A DNA stretch of 64,000 bases from Eledone cirrhosa (GCA_964016885.1 OZ024765.1:6572001-6636000), one strand, 5' to 3'. Numbered from the stretch's first letter, positions 11,601 through 23,717 are shown. Translations and numbers: made by a program. The notes: generated by a model from the letters alone, not told the origin.

Positions 11601-11732
11601 AAGATGACTTGGGATGAGATGATAAAAGCCGACCTTACCCAACTACACCTCTCAAAGTCAATGACACACGACCGTGACTTCTGGCGTCACGCAGTAATAC
11701 AGGGTACCCGACCTCCCATGGGTACATGCTGA
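8613..11732 (+). CDS. RTE-clade polyprotein: APE endonuclease + reverse transcriptase + PHD-type zinc finger (1039 aa)
   Basis: APE motifs GTINVGS, CVQETRW, AYAPQ, GDFNGHVG, LDFIL, SQH. RT motifs YRGIKLM, QFGF, FVDLEKAFD, GVHQGSVLSPLLF, YADD, GLKVN. C4HC3 finger at 10941-11072. RTE C-terminus RLRWYGHV...GRPKMTW. No stops or frameshifts. Confidence 0.97.
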   Translation: MNLRATKHPREAPTQRPSPTSVDKCPKLRVGTINVGSMKGRAGEIVEMLERKEVDVCCVQETRWRGGSARVLVGKSQCYKFFWVGNDDGMGGVGILLADKWVDKVISVYRVNARIIKLRLVLNKTITTIISAYAPQSGLPDELKDRFYESLIHTTALTDDKDFLIIAGDFNGHVGKHCDGFNRVHGGHGVGTRNEEGFRLLEFCDANDMSICNTNFKKPDNHLITYRSGEHSSQLDFILIRGRDRWTVVNTKAFPSEECTSQHSLVVSDLTVRTRRALKQRPTWRRKIWKLKVPSTSNRFKDILLNAYDSKEEQIETFNVEENWEFLKNNLLEATDEVCGWSKTSSRRRVTWWWNNKVDEAVKAKRQAWKEWKNGGSRVHYIETKREARRQVYLARREAEDRKFKHVLQREDQKQEVFKIARQCVRDSCDVIGEKCIRNDKGELALTSAEKKDAWKSHYDRLLNEENAWEEETLPHVDPIEGPAVQVSGSVVSKAIRDMKIGKATGPSGIAAEMLKASGSVGHTITTRIVNQVILEGAIPKDWCSSIIVNCYKGKGDALDRGNYRGIKLMDQVMKVTERVIAQLIRDRVNIDEMQFGFVPGKGTTDALFLVRQLQEKYLAKSKPLYLAFVDLEKAFDRVPRAVIWWALRKLGVDEWLVKAVQAMYRGAVSKVRIGNEYSEEFSVQVGVHQGSVLSPLLFIIVLQAITEEFKTGCPWELLYADDLALIAESMVELENKFQTWKQGLERKGLKVNMTKTKVLISRRENRTQIPSGKWPCSVCRKGVGRNSILCPKCKQWVHKRCSGISGSLIKNVGFTCSSCAETASKQPQETSTTNLWEGPVETVDSFCYLGDRISNGGGCSESTITRVRTGWKKFRELLPLLAAKGFSLRMKGRLYDACIRTAMLHGSETWALKVEDLRRLERNEACMLRWMCNSNIRERQSINELRERLSIRGIKCCVQERRLRWYGHVMRMKDDSCIKRCRALEVDGNRGVGRPKMTWDEMIKADLTQLHLSKSMTHDRDFWRHAVIQGTRPPMGTC

Positions 11733-12595
11733 AGCATATAAACAATATGCCCCCCCCCCCCCACCGCAAGGTGGTCGTGGAGGTGCCACGGCAAAAAAGC
11801 ACCCAGCCCACACTGTAAAGTGGACGTGTAGGCGCCACGAAAAAGCACCCAGCACTCACTGTAAATGAGGTTGGTGTTAGGAAGGGCATCCAGCTGTAGA
11901 AATCAAGCCAGATCAGTTCCTGTATGAGCAAGGCATGGTCAGCCGACCAGACACTGCCCACAACAGGACAACCCGTCTAACCCATGCTAGCGTGGAAGAA
12001 CGGACGTAAAACGGTGATGATGATGATGATGATATGGGGTGGAGAAGACCCCTGAGTCCAGTAAGACAACATCTCTAGTGCTGGTGGCACAAATAAAAGC
12101 ACCTGGTCCATGTTGTAAAGTGGTGCTGGTGTTAGGAAGGGCATCCAACCATTAATGCCAAAACAATTATGAGCACAACAACAAATATATATATATATAA
12201 TCATCATCATCATCATCGTTTTACGTCATATAAAAGATACAGAAGCGAAAACCAACCAAACAGTGTGTTCTGTTATTATTTCTGGCAATATCATTACAAC
12301 AATATGACCCTCCCTAAGTATATAACAATATATATATTAATAAAAGATCGGAGGCTATATTCAGTTGATTTAGATTTATTTAAAACTCAGGGGTTGGTCG
12401 TCAAAGAAACAACACCACGCGTTCGGCCGGCCCCCTGTATCATGAAAAGAAAATCTTTTATTAATATTTCATTTATTAATATACAATGCTCCATCTTGTA
12501 CTATTTATACAGGTCATTGAGCGCTTTTTTTTAATCTGCTTCACAACTGATAAACCATGTGATTAGCATATCCCTGTTCTGTTAACCCCATACTT

Positions 12596-13375
<780 letters not shown>

Positions 13376-13376
13376 A

Positions 13377-13714
13377 GTGGCTTAGTGGTTACAGCATTGG
13401 CCTTGCAATCAAAAGGTTGTGAGTTCAATTCTCAGACCGGGTGATGTGTTGTTTCCTTAAGCAAGACACTTTATTTCACATTGCTCCAGTTTACTCAGCT
13501 GTAGAAATGAGATGATAGGGACTGGGGTCCCTATCATTCCACTGCAAAGTGGTCGTGGAGGTGCCACGGCAAAAAAGCACCCAGCACTCACTGTAAATGA
13601 GGTTGGTGTTAGGAAGCGCATCCAGCTGTAGAAATCAAGCCAGAATCAGTTCCCGTCCCACCCTTGCAAGCAGGGAAAAAGCGGACGTAAAATGAAATGA
13701 TGATGATGATGATG
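13377..13714 (+). mobile_element. tRNA-derived SINE family A (tRNA head + CORE-like body + RTE-derived tail)
   Basis: A box gtggcttagtgg, B box gagttcaattc, body ccttaagcaagacactttatttcac...cagctgtagaaatgag, RTE tail with (gat)n. Copies: 14722-14890 (+, head), 27445-27776 (-), 29404-29700 (-), 43850-44171 (-), 48133-48262 (-, tail), 52710-52955 (+). Confidence 0.88.
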
Positions 13715-13745
<31 letters not shown>

Positions 13746-14120
13746 TCTTATGGTAGCTAAGATGCGTCCATAGGCGGTATGCCGGTTGAGCACTCTTACG
13801 GGGTAGAGTATGATAAGAGGACTTGCTCTGAAATCACTAGACATGTCTGAGGAACTTGCGAATCCAGAGCCAGGTTCGATCCACAAACAGGTCGCACCTC
13901 GAGCTGTTAGCTGAAGAAACAATTGTAATACGTAATAAATTATGTTCCAATGCATCACTGATTCTTTGTTTTCCATTTTATATATATATATTATATATAT
14001 ATATATATATATTCACTTAGCAAAACAGAGTGGTCGTCAGGTGTCTTCTATTATAGCGTCAGATTGACCAATATCCTGCGGGTGGAATACAATAATATAT
14101 ATAGAGTAATGGTAAGTCAG

Positions 14121-14213
<93 letters not shown>

Positions 14214-14895
14214 ATACACCATTCATACACACATCCACCACCTCCCCAGCCCCACCACACCTGCTACTATCAATGGACTGTATCTTATAGATTTGTATTG
14301 AGAGAGGGGACTTTGTTAGGTAAACCAAGTTCACTTGCACCTGTGTGTCTGTGTGTCTGTGTGTGTGTGTGTGTGTGCCTATATATGCATGACAGGTGGC
14401 ATTCGATAGAATGCTTTGTAGTATTCATTTCAGTTCTCTGCTCTCTGAGTTCAAATCCCGCTATGGTCAACTTTGCCTTTCATCCATTCCAGGTTGATAA
14501 AAAAGTACCAGTCTAGTACTGGGGTCAATTCTTCCTCTATATCTCTTTCTCACTTCCTTTCTCTCACTCTCTATCCTTCTCTGAAAAATATCTACTGTAT
14601 TCAGACCTGGACAGGAGAGGGGCTCTGCCAGGTTTTAAAAAAAGGCCCTAGAAATGCTGTTTGTCAATATGGTGCTCCTATGATTCCCTCAGAAATTACA
14701 GGACCATACCATACCAAATACGGATGGCTCAGTGGGTTAGAGCATTGGGCTTGCAATTCAGAGGTTGTGAGTTCGATTCTCGGACCGGGTGATGTGTTGT
14801 GGTCCTTGAGCAAGATATTTTATTTTCACATTGTTCCAGTTGACTCAACTGTAGAAATGAGTTGTGACATCACTGGTGCCAAGCTGTATTGGCCA

Positions 14896-15520
14896 TCTCA
14901 GAGATTTGATATTATGTGAGGTAAAGCCTTTACCACAAAAATATAATAGTATATATAGAGTAATGTAAATGCTAAAGGGTTAAACTGGCAGTATCTGGGC
15001 AGAATTCTATCACCTCTTTCTGTTCAAACCAGCTCTAACTAGCCACCTATACTTATGTTAAAGTATTGTTCTCAAAACAAATATCAAAATCTCATAGATT
15101 CAATATTATGTGAGATAATTATGTAAGATAAAGCCTTTAACACAAAACTACAATAGTATATAGAGAGTAATATAAATAAGAAAGGGTTAAACTGGCCATA
15201 TTTGGCCAGAATTCTCTCACATCTTTCTGTTCAAACCAGCCATAACTGTCCAATAATACTTATGTTAAAGTATTGTCCTCAAAATCTCAGATTCGATATT
15301 ATGTGAGATATTGTGAGTTAAAGCCTTTACCACAAAAATATAGTATATATAATGTAAATGTTATGTAAGGTAAAGCCTTTACCACAAAAATATAGTATAT
15401 ATAATGTAAATGTTATGTAAGGTAAAGCCTTTACCACAAAAATATAGTATATATAATGTAAATGTTATGTAAGGTAAAACCTTTACCACAAAAATACAAT
15501 AATATATATAGAGTAATGGT
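14896..15520 (-). mobile_element. Three head-to-tail piggyBac-type MITE units
   Basis: aaagggTTAAactggc junctions at about 14980 and 15187, plus internal satellite-like units. Confidence 0.8.
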
Positions 15521-16043
15521 AATCATCATCATCTTCATTTAACATCTATCTTCCACGCTAGCATCCTAATCCTAACCCAAACTAATGAAAAAAAGAGCAC
15601 ATCTGGCTCTATAGGAAACTAGAAATTGAAAGCCATAAGTAGTGTTTTCATTAGAAATATGGTAACAAAAGGGCTAAAGTGTTTTTATTTATCTATAAAC
15701 CTTCCATCATAATTTTATATTTAACCTATGTCCCAAACACCAATATAATAATGAGAAAGTCGGTTATAATAATAAATTCTTCCAAATTCTTGGTTATTTT
15801 CAAAATTAATTGACAACCATAGGCAGTGTCTTTCATTAGAAATATAACAGCGGGTTAAAGAGTTTATATTTATCTAACATTCCAGCATAATCTTTAGGTT
15901 ATGTTCCAAACAGTGATGTAAATGAGAAAGTTATATAACTAAATCCCTCCATATTCTTATTTTCAAAATTATTTCAGAATAATAAGCAGTGTCTTTCATT
16001 AGAAATATCTATATATAAATTTGAGTGACTTCCGGCTGTCACA

Positions 16044-16271
<228 letters not shown>

Positions 16272-17000
16272 TTAAAAGGAAGGAAAGGGATAGTGAAAAA
16301 AAACTATACCAAAACAAACTGGCGTTCCATTTGCTACGCTGTGTGTGAGTGTATGTTTATGTGTGTGTTTGTGTGAATGTATGTGTGTGAATATGTGTGT
16401 TTGTGTGAATGTATGTCTGCGTGTGTGTTTGTGCAAATGTATGTGTGTGTGTTTGCGTGAATGTGTGTTTGTGTGAATGTATGTGTGTGAGTGTATTTTT
16501 GTAAACGTGTCTGTGTTTGCACATTTATATTTATATACTCATACATATAAATGTAAGCATATACACATACACACATACACACCCATGTTCGCATACTCGT
16601 CAGTGTGTTGAAAAATATTCTAGTACTAACAAAAGAGTTAAAGTTTTAATATTTATCTAAAAACTTTCCCCACATAATTTTATATAAGAACCTTTGTTAA
16701 CTTATGTTTCAACCACAAGCTCAACCTTTTTGCTCCCAATCCACCCAAAACAGCTACTATTTCTATTAAACAAAACCACCCATTTTAAAGCGTTTCTATC
16801 TAATATCTTCAAACATAATTTGATATAAGGACCTTTTGTTAAGTTATGTTACAAATACCATTTTAATAATGAAATAACATAAGTTAATACTTCAAATTCT
16901 TCATTAACCTTTTAGTATTTAAACCGGCCATATCTGGCCAGAATTCTATCACCTCTTTCTGTTCAAACTGGCTGTAACTGGCCGCTCATATTGATGTTAA

Positions 17001-17188
17001 CCCTTTAGCATTTAAACTGGCCAGAATTCTCTCACCTCTATCTGTTCAAACCAGCCGTTCATACTAATGTTAAGGTATTGTTCTCAAAATAAATAATATC
17101 AAAATCTCATAGATTCAATATTATGTGAGGTAAAGCCTTTACCATGAAAATACAATAGTATATATAGAGTAATGTTAATGCTAAAGGG
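17001..17188 (-). mobile_element. Complete minimal piggyBac-type MITE (188 bp) sitting on the internal TTAA of another copy (from ~16908)
   Basis: TTAA(16997-17000) CCCTTTAGCATT ... AATGCTAAAGGG TTAA(17189-17192). Confidence 0.88.
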
Positions 17189-17351
17189 TTAATTAATTCC
17201 AATACAGAGTCCAATCCAATCCAGGGCCTTCTCACCCCTGTTGGATGAACTCCTCCTTGGTTGATCTCCACCACTTTCTGTTTGCTTTTCGTCATATGTC
17301 AGGAGGTCATGTCAGGAGGTCATGTCAGGAGGTCATGTCAGGAGGTCATGT

Positions 17352-17625
17352 CATGGCCAAGTGGTAAGGGTGCTGGACTTACGACCATAATGTCATGGGT
17401 TTGATTCCTGGACTGGGTTGTGTGTTGTGTTCTTGAGCAAAACACTTCATTTCACGTTGCTCCAGTATACTCAGCTGAAAATGAGTACCAGCAATAGCTG
17501 GGGGTTTAACCCTGCACTGGACTGGCGTCCTGTCCAGGGGGGAGTATTGTACTCTCAGCCGCTTCACTTCATGAAACCGGGATAAGCACCAGCCTAACGA
17601 GCCTTCTGCCTTAAGATAGACTTTA
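17352..17625 (+). mobile_element. tRNA-derived SINE (family A-related head, different body and tail)
   Basis: catggccaagtggtaagg...ggtttgattcctgg head, the same CORE-like segment, then an aaccctgcactggactggcgtcctgtccagggg body. Confidence 0.75.
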
Positions 17626-17725
17626 GTCTTGATATATATCATGAATGGACCTGTTATTATCTCTAAAAACATTTTTTCCAATTCCATCCCGCCCATCCCT
17701 TCAATCTTTCTAATTTCTCATTATT

Positions 17726-17761
17726 TCTTCTGATGAAGGACTAGCGTCCGAAACGTCAAGA
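17726..17761 (+). ncRNA. Minimal type-I hammerhead ribozyme (Penelope-like element type)
   Basis: tctt CTGATGA a GGAC tagc GTCC GAAA CGTC aaga. Stem I tctt/aaga, stem II 4 bp, palindromic ACGT stem III, GUC cleavage triplet. Confidence 0.82.
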
Positions 17762-17850
17762 CCCTCTTCCTACTATTTCAAGCGTTAGCCTAATATATTC
17801 CTTCCATATACTGTACCAATTGTGTTGTTATTTCTGTTTACCTTTTACAT

Positions 17851-17890
<40 letters not shown>

Positions 17891-17949
17891 CCTATCACCA
17901 ACCACTTCACAGTGTGTACATTTGTCGAGTAGATCACCAACACTATATT

Positions 17950-18480
17950 TTATAGGACAGGTGCCCTTATCATTAAAACACCCAAGAGTAAGGCTATGAG
18001 ATACATACTCATAGGAGGCCAGGTAACTTACATAGGTGTGAATTGTAACAACAACATAGTATAACCGAGGCCCACTATCATTAAAACACTCAAGAAGCCT
18101 CATGTGAGATTCAACCTTGAACATCCGAGAAACCTTCTATCAGATAAAACCTTGTAGGAGGACAGCTAAACCTACATTGCTGTGAGTGGAATCAACAAAA
18201 CAGGAGTGGGACCCTGAGGCCTCATTTGAGATACAATTTTGTTGGAGGCCAGCTAAACCTACACAGGTGTGTGTGTGTGAGCTGTAACAAGATAGGACTG
18301 CCGCTCCTTTAATTAAAACACATGAGAGGTGTCTTTGAGATGCAACCTTGAATGAGGCCAGCTAAACCTACATTGGTGTGAGCTGTAACAAGATAGGACT
18401 GGGGTCCTATTATTGAAAAACATGAGAGGCCCCCTACGAGATGCCACCTCGTGAGAGGACAGCTAAACCTTCTTGTGAGT
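17950..18480 (+). repeat. Degenerate ~100-bp tandem units of a SINE 3' segment
   Basis: tcattaaaacac...gagat...ggaggccagctaaacctac recurs about 5 times. A single copy follows a SINE body at 38575-38660. Confidence 0.65.
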
Positions 18481-18712
18481 GGTATTTATTCTTATTCCAT
18501 ATTCTCACAGCATTTGAAAGACCTCATTCCAATAATAGATGACAATGTTTCTTGCATTAAGTTAAATGGTAAAATGTATGCAAACTGGCAGTGATGGTAA
18601 TGATGGGGTGATGGGGATGCCCCCCTCCCCAGTACATTTTTCTGAGGTCAATTTTGTCTTTCATCCTTTCTATATTGATGAAAAGAGATAGGGTGGGGGA
18701 CCTAGTTGGGTG

Positions 18713-18768
<56 letters not shown>

Positions 18769-18787
18769 ATGTGTGTGTGTGCATGTG

Positions 18788-18821
<34 letters not shown>

Positions 18822-18885
18822 CATACACACACACAGACAAATGCATATATATATATATACTCTACCCTCACTCCTCCCCCAGCCC

Positions 18886-18925
18886 ACTCTCCTGATGAAG
18901 GGATTATGCCCGAAACGTCACAACC
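18886..18925 (+). ncRNA. Minimal hammerhead motif, stem I unpaired
   Basis: CTGATGA a GGG attatg CCC GAAA CGTC a. Core intact but the flanks do not pair well. Confidence 0.65.
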
Positions 18926-18974
18926 ACACACACATTGCTGAATACAATCAATGTAATCTAAGTTTTTCAAATAT

Positions 18975-19895
18975 TAACAATATATATATGTATATAAAAT
19001 AATATATATAATATATATATAATATATATATAAAATATAATATATATAATGTATATATAAAATATATATAATATATAATATATATAAAATATATATAATA
19101 TATATAATATATATATAAAATATAATATATATAATGTATATATAAAATATATATAATATATAATATATATAAAATATATATAATATATATAATATATATA
19201 TAATATATAATATATATAATATATATATAATATATATATAAAATATAATATATATAATGTATATATAAAATATATATAATATATAATATATATAAAATAT
19301 ATATAATATAATATATATATAATATATATAAAATATATATAATATATATATAATATATATATAATATATATATAATATATAATATATATATAAAATATAT
19401 ATAACATATATTAAATATATAATATATATATATATATAATATATATATAATATATATCAAATATATAATATATATATAATATATATTAAATATATAATAT
19501 ATATATTATATATATATATATAATATATATAATATATATTATATATATATATTATATATATTATATAATATATAATATATATATAATATATATATATAAT
19601 ATATATATATATTATATATATAATATAAATAATATATATAATATATATAATATATATTATATATATTATATATATAATATATATAATATATATTATATAT
19701 ATTATATATTATATATATAATATATATTATATATATTATATATATATATTATATATTATATAATATATATTATATATATTATATATTATATATATATATT
19801 ATATATTATATATATATATTATATATATTATATATATATATAATATATATTATATATATATATAATATATATTATATATATATATATATAATATA
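18975..19895. repeat. ~920-bp almost pure A/T degenerate (TA)n tract
   Basis: Only a handful of G/C bases. Confidence 0.95.
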
Positions 19896-20259
19896 CAAAC
19901 AGGGAGGACAACTGGGTGTTGTGTGTGTGTGGGTCCACACACACACACACACACACCAAAGAGAGATAGGAGTAATGTATCATGTGAGGAGTGGGAGAGC
20001 ACAGAATGGGTGTATGTATGGGGGGGTTACTAGAGTGACAGTGTAATGGTGGTGGTGGGGAAGGGAGGAAGGGAGGGGGGAAGAAAGGTCAGAAACAGAG
20101 TCTGTATCAGTTGGTTTAATGTAAAAGTTCACAGAAACAAGTGAAACAATCCTAGCCCCCACCTAACCCCTCTTCTTCCTCCCCCACCACACCAGACTAC
20201 ACTACACTACACTACACTACACTACACTACACTTAATTAGCTCTGTTTGCTGACTCCAC

Positions 20260-20290
<31 letters not shown>

Positions 20291-20479
20291 TCGAGGGTAA
20301 TTAGATGCAGCAACATTTAAACTACAAAACTGAATAGAGGGGGAAAAACTAACGAAATATTTTGCTATCTACTCTTGGGACCCAAATAATAAACCACCCA
20401 TCCCTGGCTTATTATTTTTGTAGACCTGAAATGCTTATTGAATTTGGCTAATCCATCTCCAGCAAAATGATAACCCACC

Positions 20480-20995
20480 AATGAAATACTGAGGCCCCTG
20501 TCATTAAAACAACCAAGAAACCCCTGATGGGTTATTGAGCTCCCTATCGTTAAAACAACCAAGAAACCCCCATTGAAATACTGAGGCCTCTGTCATTAAA
20601 ACAACCAAGAAACCCCTGATGAGAAACTGAGGCCCTCGTCATTAAAACAACCAAGAAACCCCTGATGAGATATTGAGGCACTTTCAATTAAAACAGCCAA
20701 GAAACCCCTGATGAGATTCTGAGGCTCCTGTCATTAAAATAACCAAGAAACCCCCAATGAGATATTGAGGCCCCTATCATTAAAACAACCAAGAAACCAC
20801 CAATGAGATATTGAGGCCCTTGTCATTAAAACAACCAAGAAACCCCCAATGAGATATTGAGGCCCCTGTCATTAAAACAACCAAGAAACCCCCGATGAGA
20901 TATTGAGGCCCCTGTCATTAAAACAACCAAGAAACCCCCGATGAGATATTGAGGCCCCTGTCATTAAAACAACCAAGAAACCCCCAATGAGCTAC
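20480..20995 (+). repeat. ~46-bp minisatellite (~11 units) derived from SINE 3' segment
   Basis: gagatattgaggcccctgtcattaaaacaaccaagaaacccccaat, running out into ...ctaaacctgcataggtgtgagctg. Confidence 0.85.
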
Positions 20996-21230
20996 AGCCA
21001 TGTAGCAGGTCAACTAAACCTGCATAGGTGTGAGCTGGAGATTTCATTTCTCATTTAATTTTTTGAGGGCTCCTATGAACCCAAGAACTTGGCAGAGACC
21101 ATCTATCCCCAGGTTTAACCCATTAGTATTTAAACCAGCTATAACTGGCCATTCATACTGATGTTAAGGCAATGTTCTCAAAATAAATAATATCAAAATC
21201 TCATAGATTCGATATTGTGTGAGATAATTA

Positions 21231-21402
21231 CCATATATGCTAGCATACATTTGGAGCCTAAAAAATTTCTCCAAAACAAGTGGACCAAGGGTGCACTTGT
21301 CCGCAGAATATAAAATGTCGAAGTATGCGTGCTGCTTCACCTGAACTACACCTCAGAATTTTAGGGGTCGACCTCTGCGACCTTGTATGCCGGCATTTAC
21401 GG
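21231..21402. mobile_element. Tc2/pogo-like MITE (172 bp)
   Basis: TA TSD. Imperfect 18-bp TIR ccatatatgctagcatac / gtatgccggcatttacgg. The host reads gagataatTAtgtgag when the element is removed. Confidence 0.75.
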
Positions 21403-22116
21403 TATGTGAGATAAAGCCTTTACTGTGAAAATATAATACTAAATATAGAGTAATGTAAATGTTATTTGAGATATTATGTGAGGTAAAGTGACAATACAAT
21501 AGTATATATAGAGTAATGTAAATGTTATGTGAGATATTATGTGAGGTAAAGTGACAATACAATAGTATATATAGAATAATGTAAATGTTATGCGAGATAT
21601 TATGTGAGGTAAAGTCTTTACTGTGAAAATATAATAGTATATATAGAGTAATGTAAATGTTATGTGAGATATTATGTGAGGTAAAGCCTTTACTGTGAAA
21701 ATATAATACTAAATATAGAGTAATGTAAATGTTATTTGAGATATGTGAGGTAAAGCCTTTACTGTGAAAATATAATACTAAATATAGAGTAATGTAAATG
21801 TTATGGGAGATATAAGCCTTTATTGCGAAAATATAATACTAAATATAGAGTAATGTAAATGTTATTTGAGATATGTGAGGTAAAGCCTTTACTGTGAAAA
21901 TATAATACTAAATATAGAGTAATGTAAATGTTATGGGAGATATAAGCCTTTATTGCGAAAATATAATACTAAATATAGAGTAATGTAAATGTTATGTGAG
22001 ATATTATGTGGGGTAAAGCCTTTACTGTGGAAATACAATAGTATATATAGAGTAATGTAAATGTTATGTGAGATATTATGTGAGGTAAAGCCTTTACTGT
22101 GAAAATATAATACTAA

Positions 22117-22983
22117 GACTGACAACTGAAGCTGGTTGTGGACAAGTGTACCACCATGCATTTTGGGAGGAAAAAATCCAGTGTCCACATACTCCCTCCA
22201 CAATACTGATATCAAGAAGTCCTCTTGTGAACGTGACCTGGGCATTACTGTCAGCAGCGATTTGCGTTGGACAAAGCACATCTATAAAATTGTCAAGAAG
22301 GCTGAGGGTGTCTTGGCATCACTCAGCAAGACCTTTGTTAGCCGCTCTCCAGCCATCTATTTAAAGCTGTATACAGCTATGGTATGACCACACTTGGAAT
22401 TCGCATCATCAGTCTGGAACCCCTATTTTGCTCAGAACATTGACCTCCTGGAAACTGTTCAGAGACGTGCAACCAAGCGCATACCCTCCATCAGACACCT
22501 ACCATACTCTGAATGCCTTGCTTCCCTGGGCATGGATTCATTGAAGCTCCGACATCTGGCAATGGACTTGGTAAATACCCACAAAGTTATTAACCATCTC
22601 GCCAACAACAACCCTGAGCACCTTTTTGATCTCCATGTGTCTAACACACGTGGACATGCCTACAAAATCAGAAAACAGCACAGCTCCCATGACTTTCTGA
22701 AACATTTTTTCACACTCAGAGTTGCTGAAGCATGGAACAAACTGCCTGCGTCAGTTGTTAGCTGCCGAGACACTGCATCCTTTAAAACCCACATGCTTCC
22801 CGAAATTCGCCAAAACTACACCTGATGTCCCCCTTCCATACACATGAACACATGTGTATATCATGACTTATGCACTGTTCATTTTCCTGACGTTTGTACA
22901 TTACCATATGTACTATACATACACTTTTGATGAGTTGTAGTGCACCTGAGCACTGTACACAATATTTTCATTATTATTATTAT
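22117..22983 (+). pseudogene. 5'-truncated CR1-clade LINE (ORF2 C-terminus + 3'UTR + (ATT)n tail)
   Basis: ERDLGITV, LYTAMV*PHLEFASSVWNP, LETVQRRATK, TRGH, FFTLRVAEAWNKLP. Premature TGA at 22385-22387. Confidence 0.9.
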
Positions 22984-23269
22984 AAATATAGAGTAATGTA
23001 AATGCTTAGGGGTTAAACAGCGCAGATTTCTTCCCAGAGAACGAGATAAAGAGAGAGAGTGGGGTTGACATAGAGGAAATGAGAAAGAGATATAGAGGAA
23101 GAATCGACTCCCCAGTACATGACCCCAGTACATGACTGGTACTTTAGTTTTATCGATCTCAAAAGGATGAAAGGGAAAACTGACTTTGGTGGGGTTTCAA
23201 CTCAGAGAGAGAAAAAGAGTGGGGGTGATATAGAGAAAATGACAGAGATAAAGAGGAAGAATCGACCAC

Positions 23270-23660
23270 CCACACACTTACAGACACACACTCACTCACA
23301 AAGACACACTTACACACACTCACAGACACACACTCACACTTACAGACACACACTCACACTTACACACTCACAGACACACACTCACACAGACACACACTCA
23401 TACTCACAAAGACACACTTACACACACTCACAGACACACTCACACACACTCATACTCACAAAGACACACACTCACACACACTCATACTCACAAAGACACA
23501 CTTACACACACTCACACAGACACAGACACACACTCATACTCACAAAGACACACACACTTACACAGACACACACAGACACACTTACACACACTCACACAGA
23601 CACACTTACACACACTCACACAGACACACACTCACACAGACTCACACAGACACACACTCT
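23270..23660. repeat. Degenerate (CA)n minisatellite
   Basis: Direct inspection. Confidence 0.9.
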
Positions 23661-23717
23661 TTTTTGTATATATTAATCATTTGTAATTTGACCCTGTTAC
23701 CATATTTCTAATTACAT

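Larger units (their letters stand above)
7624..12031 (+). mobile_element. Full-length, recently inserted RTE-clade LINE including 5' tandem leader and (GAT)n tail
   Basis: Boundaries defined by the empty-site paralogue (2934-3485). Short TSD atat (7620-7623 / 12032-12035). Intact ORF, 3'UTR and (gat)n tail. Confidence 0.9.
21119..23012 (-). mobile_element. Expanded piggyBac-type MITE hosting satellite, a Tc2/pogo-like MITE and a CR1 fragment
   Basis: TTAA(21115-18)CCCATTAGTATTT ... AAATGCTTAGGGG TTAA(23013-16). 72-bp-type units at 21403-22116. Confidence 0.8.

Noticed and set aside
9053-11602. Antisense ORFs within the RTE
   Set aside because: Shadow frames of the long sense ORF.
13740-13965. 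Possible ribozyme or LTR (CTGAGGA + hairpin; end shared with 27790-27870)
   Set aside because: Lacks GAAA and stem III. It is probably a repeat fragment, but I cannot classify it.
14722-14795. tRNA gene
   Set aside because: A and B boxes are present, but there is no acceptor stem and it continues into a SINE body. It is a SINE head, as at 13377, 17352, 27776 and 29700.
20590-20950. CTGATGA...GAAA in the 46-bp array as tandem hammerheads
   Set aside because: No stem II pairing, no NUH site after GAAA, and most units read CCAATGA or CCGATGA.
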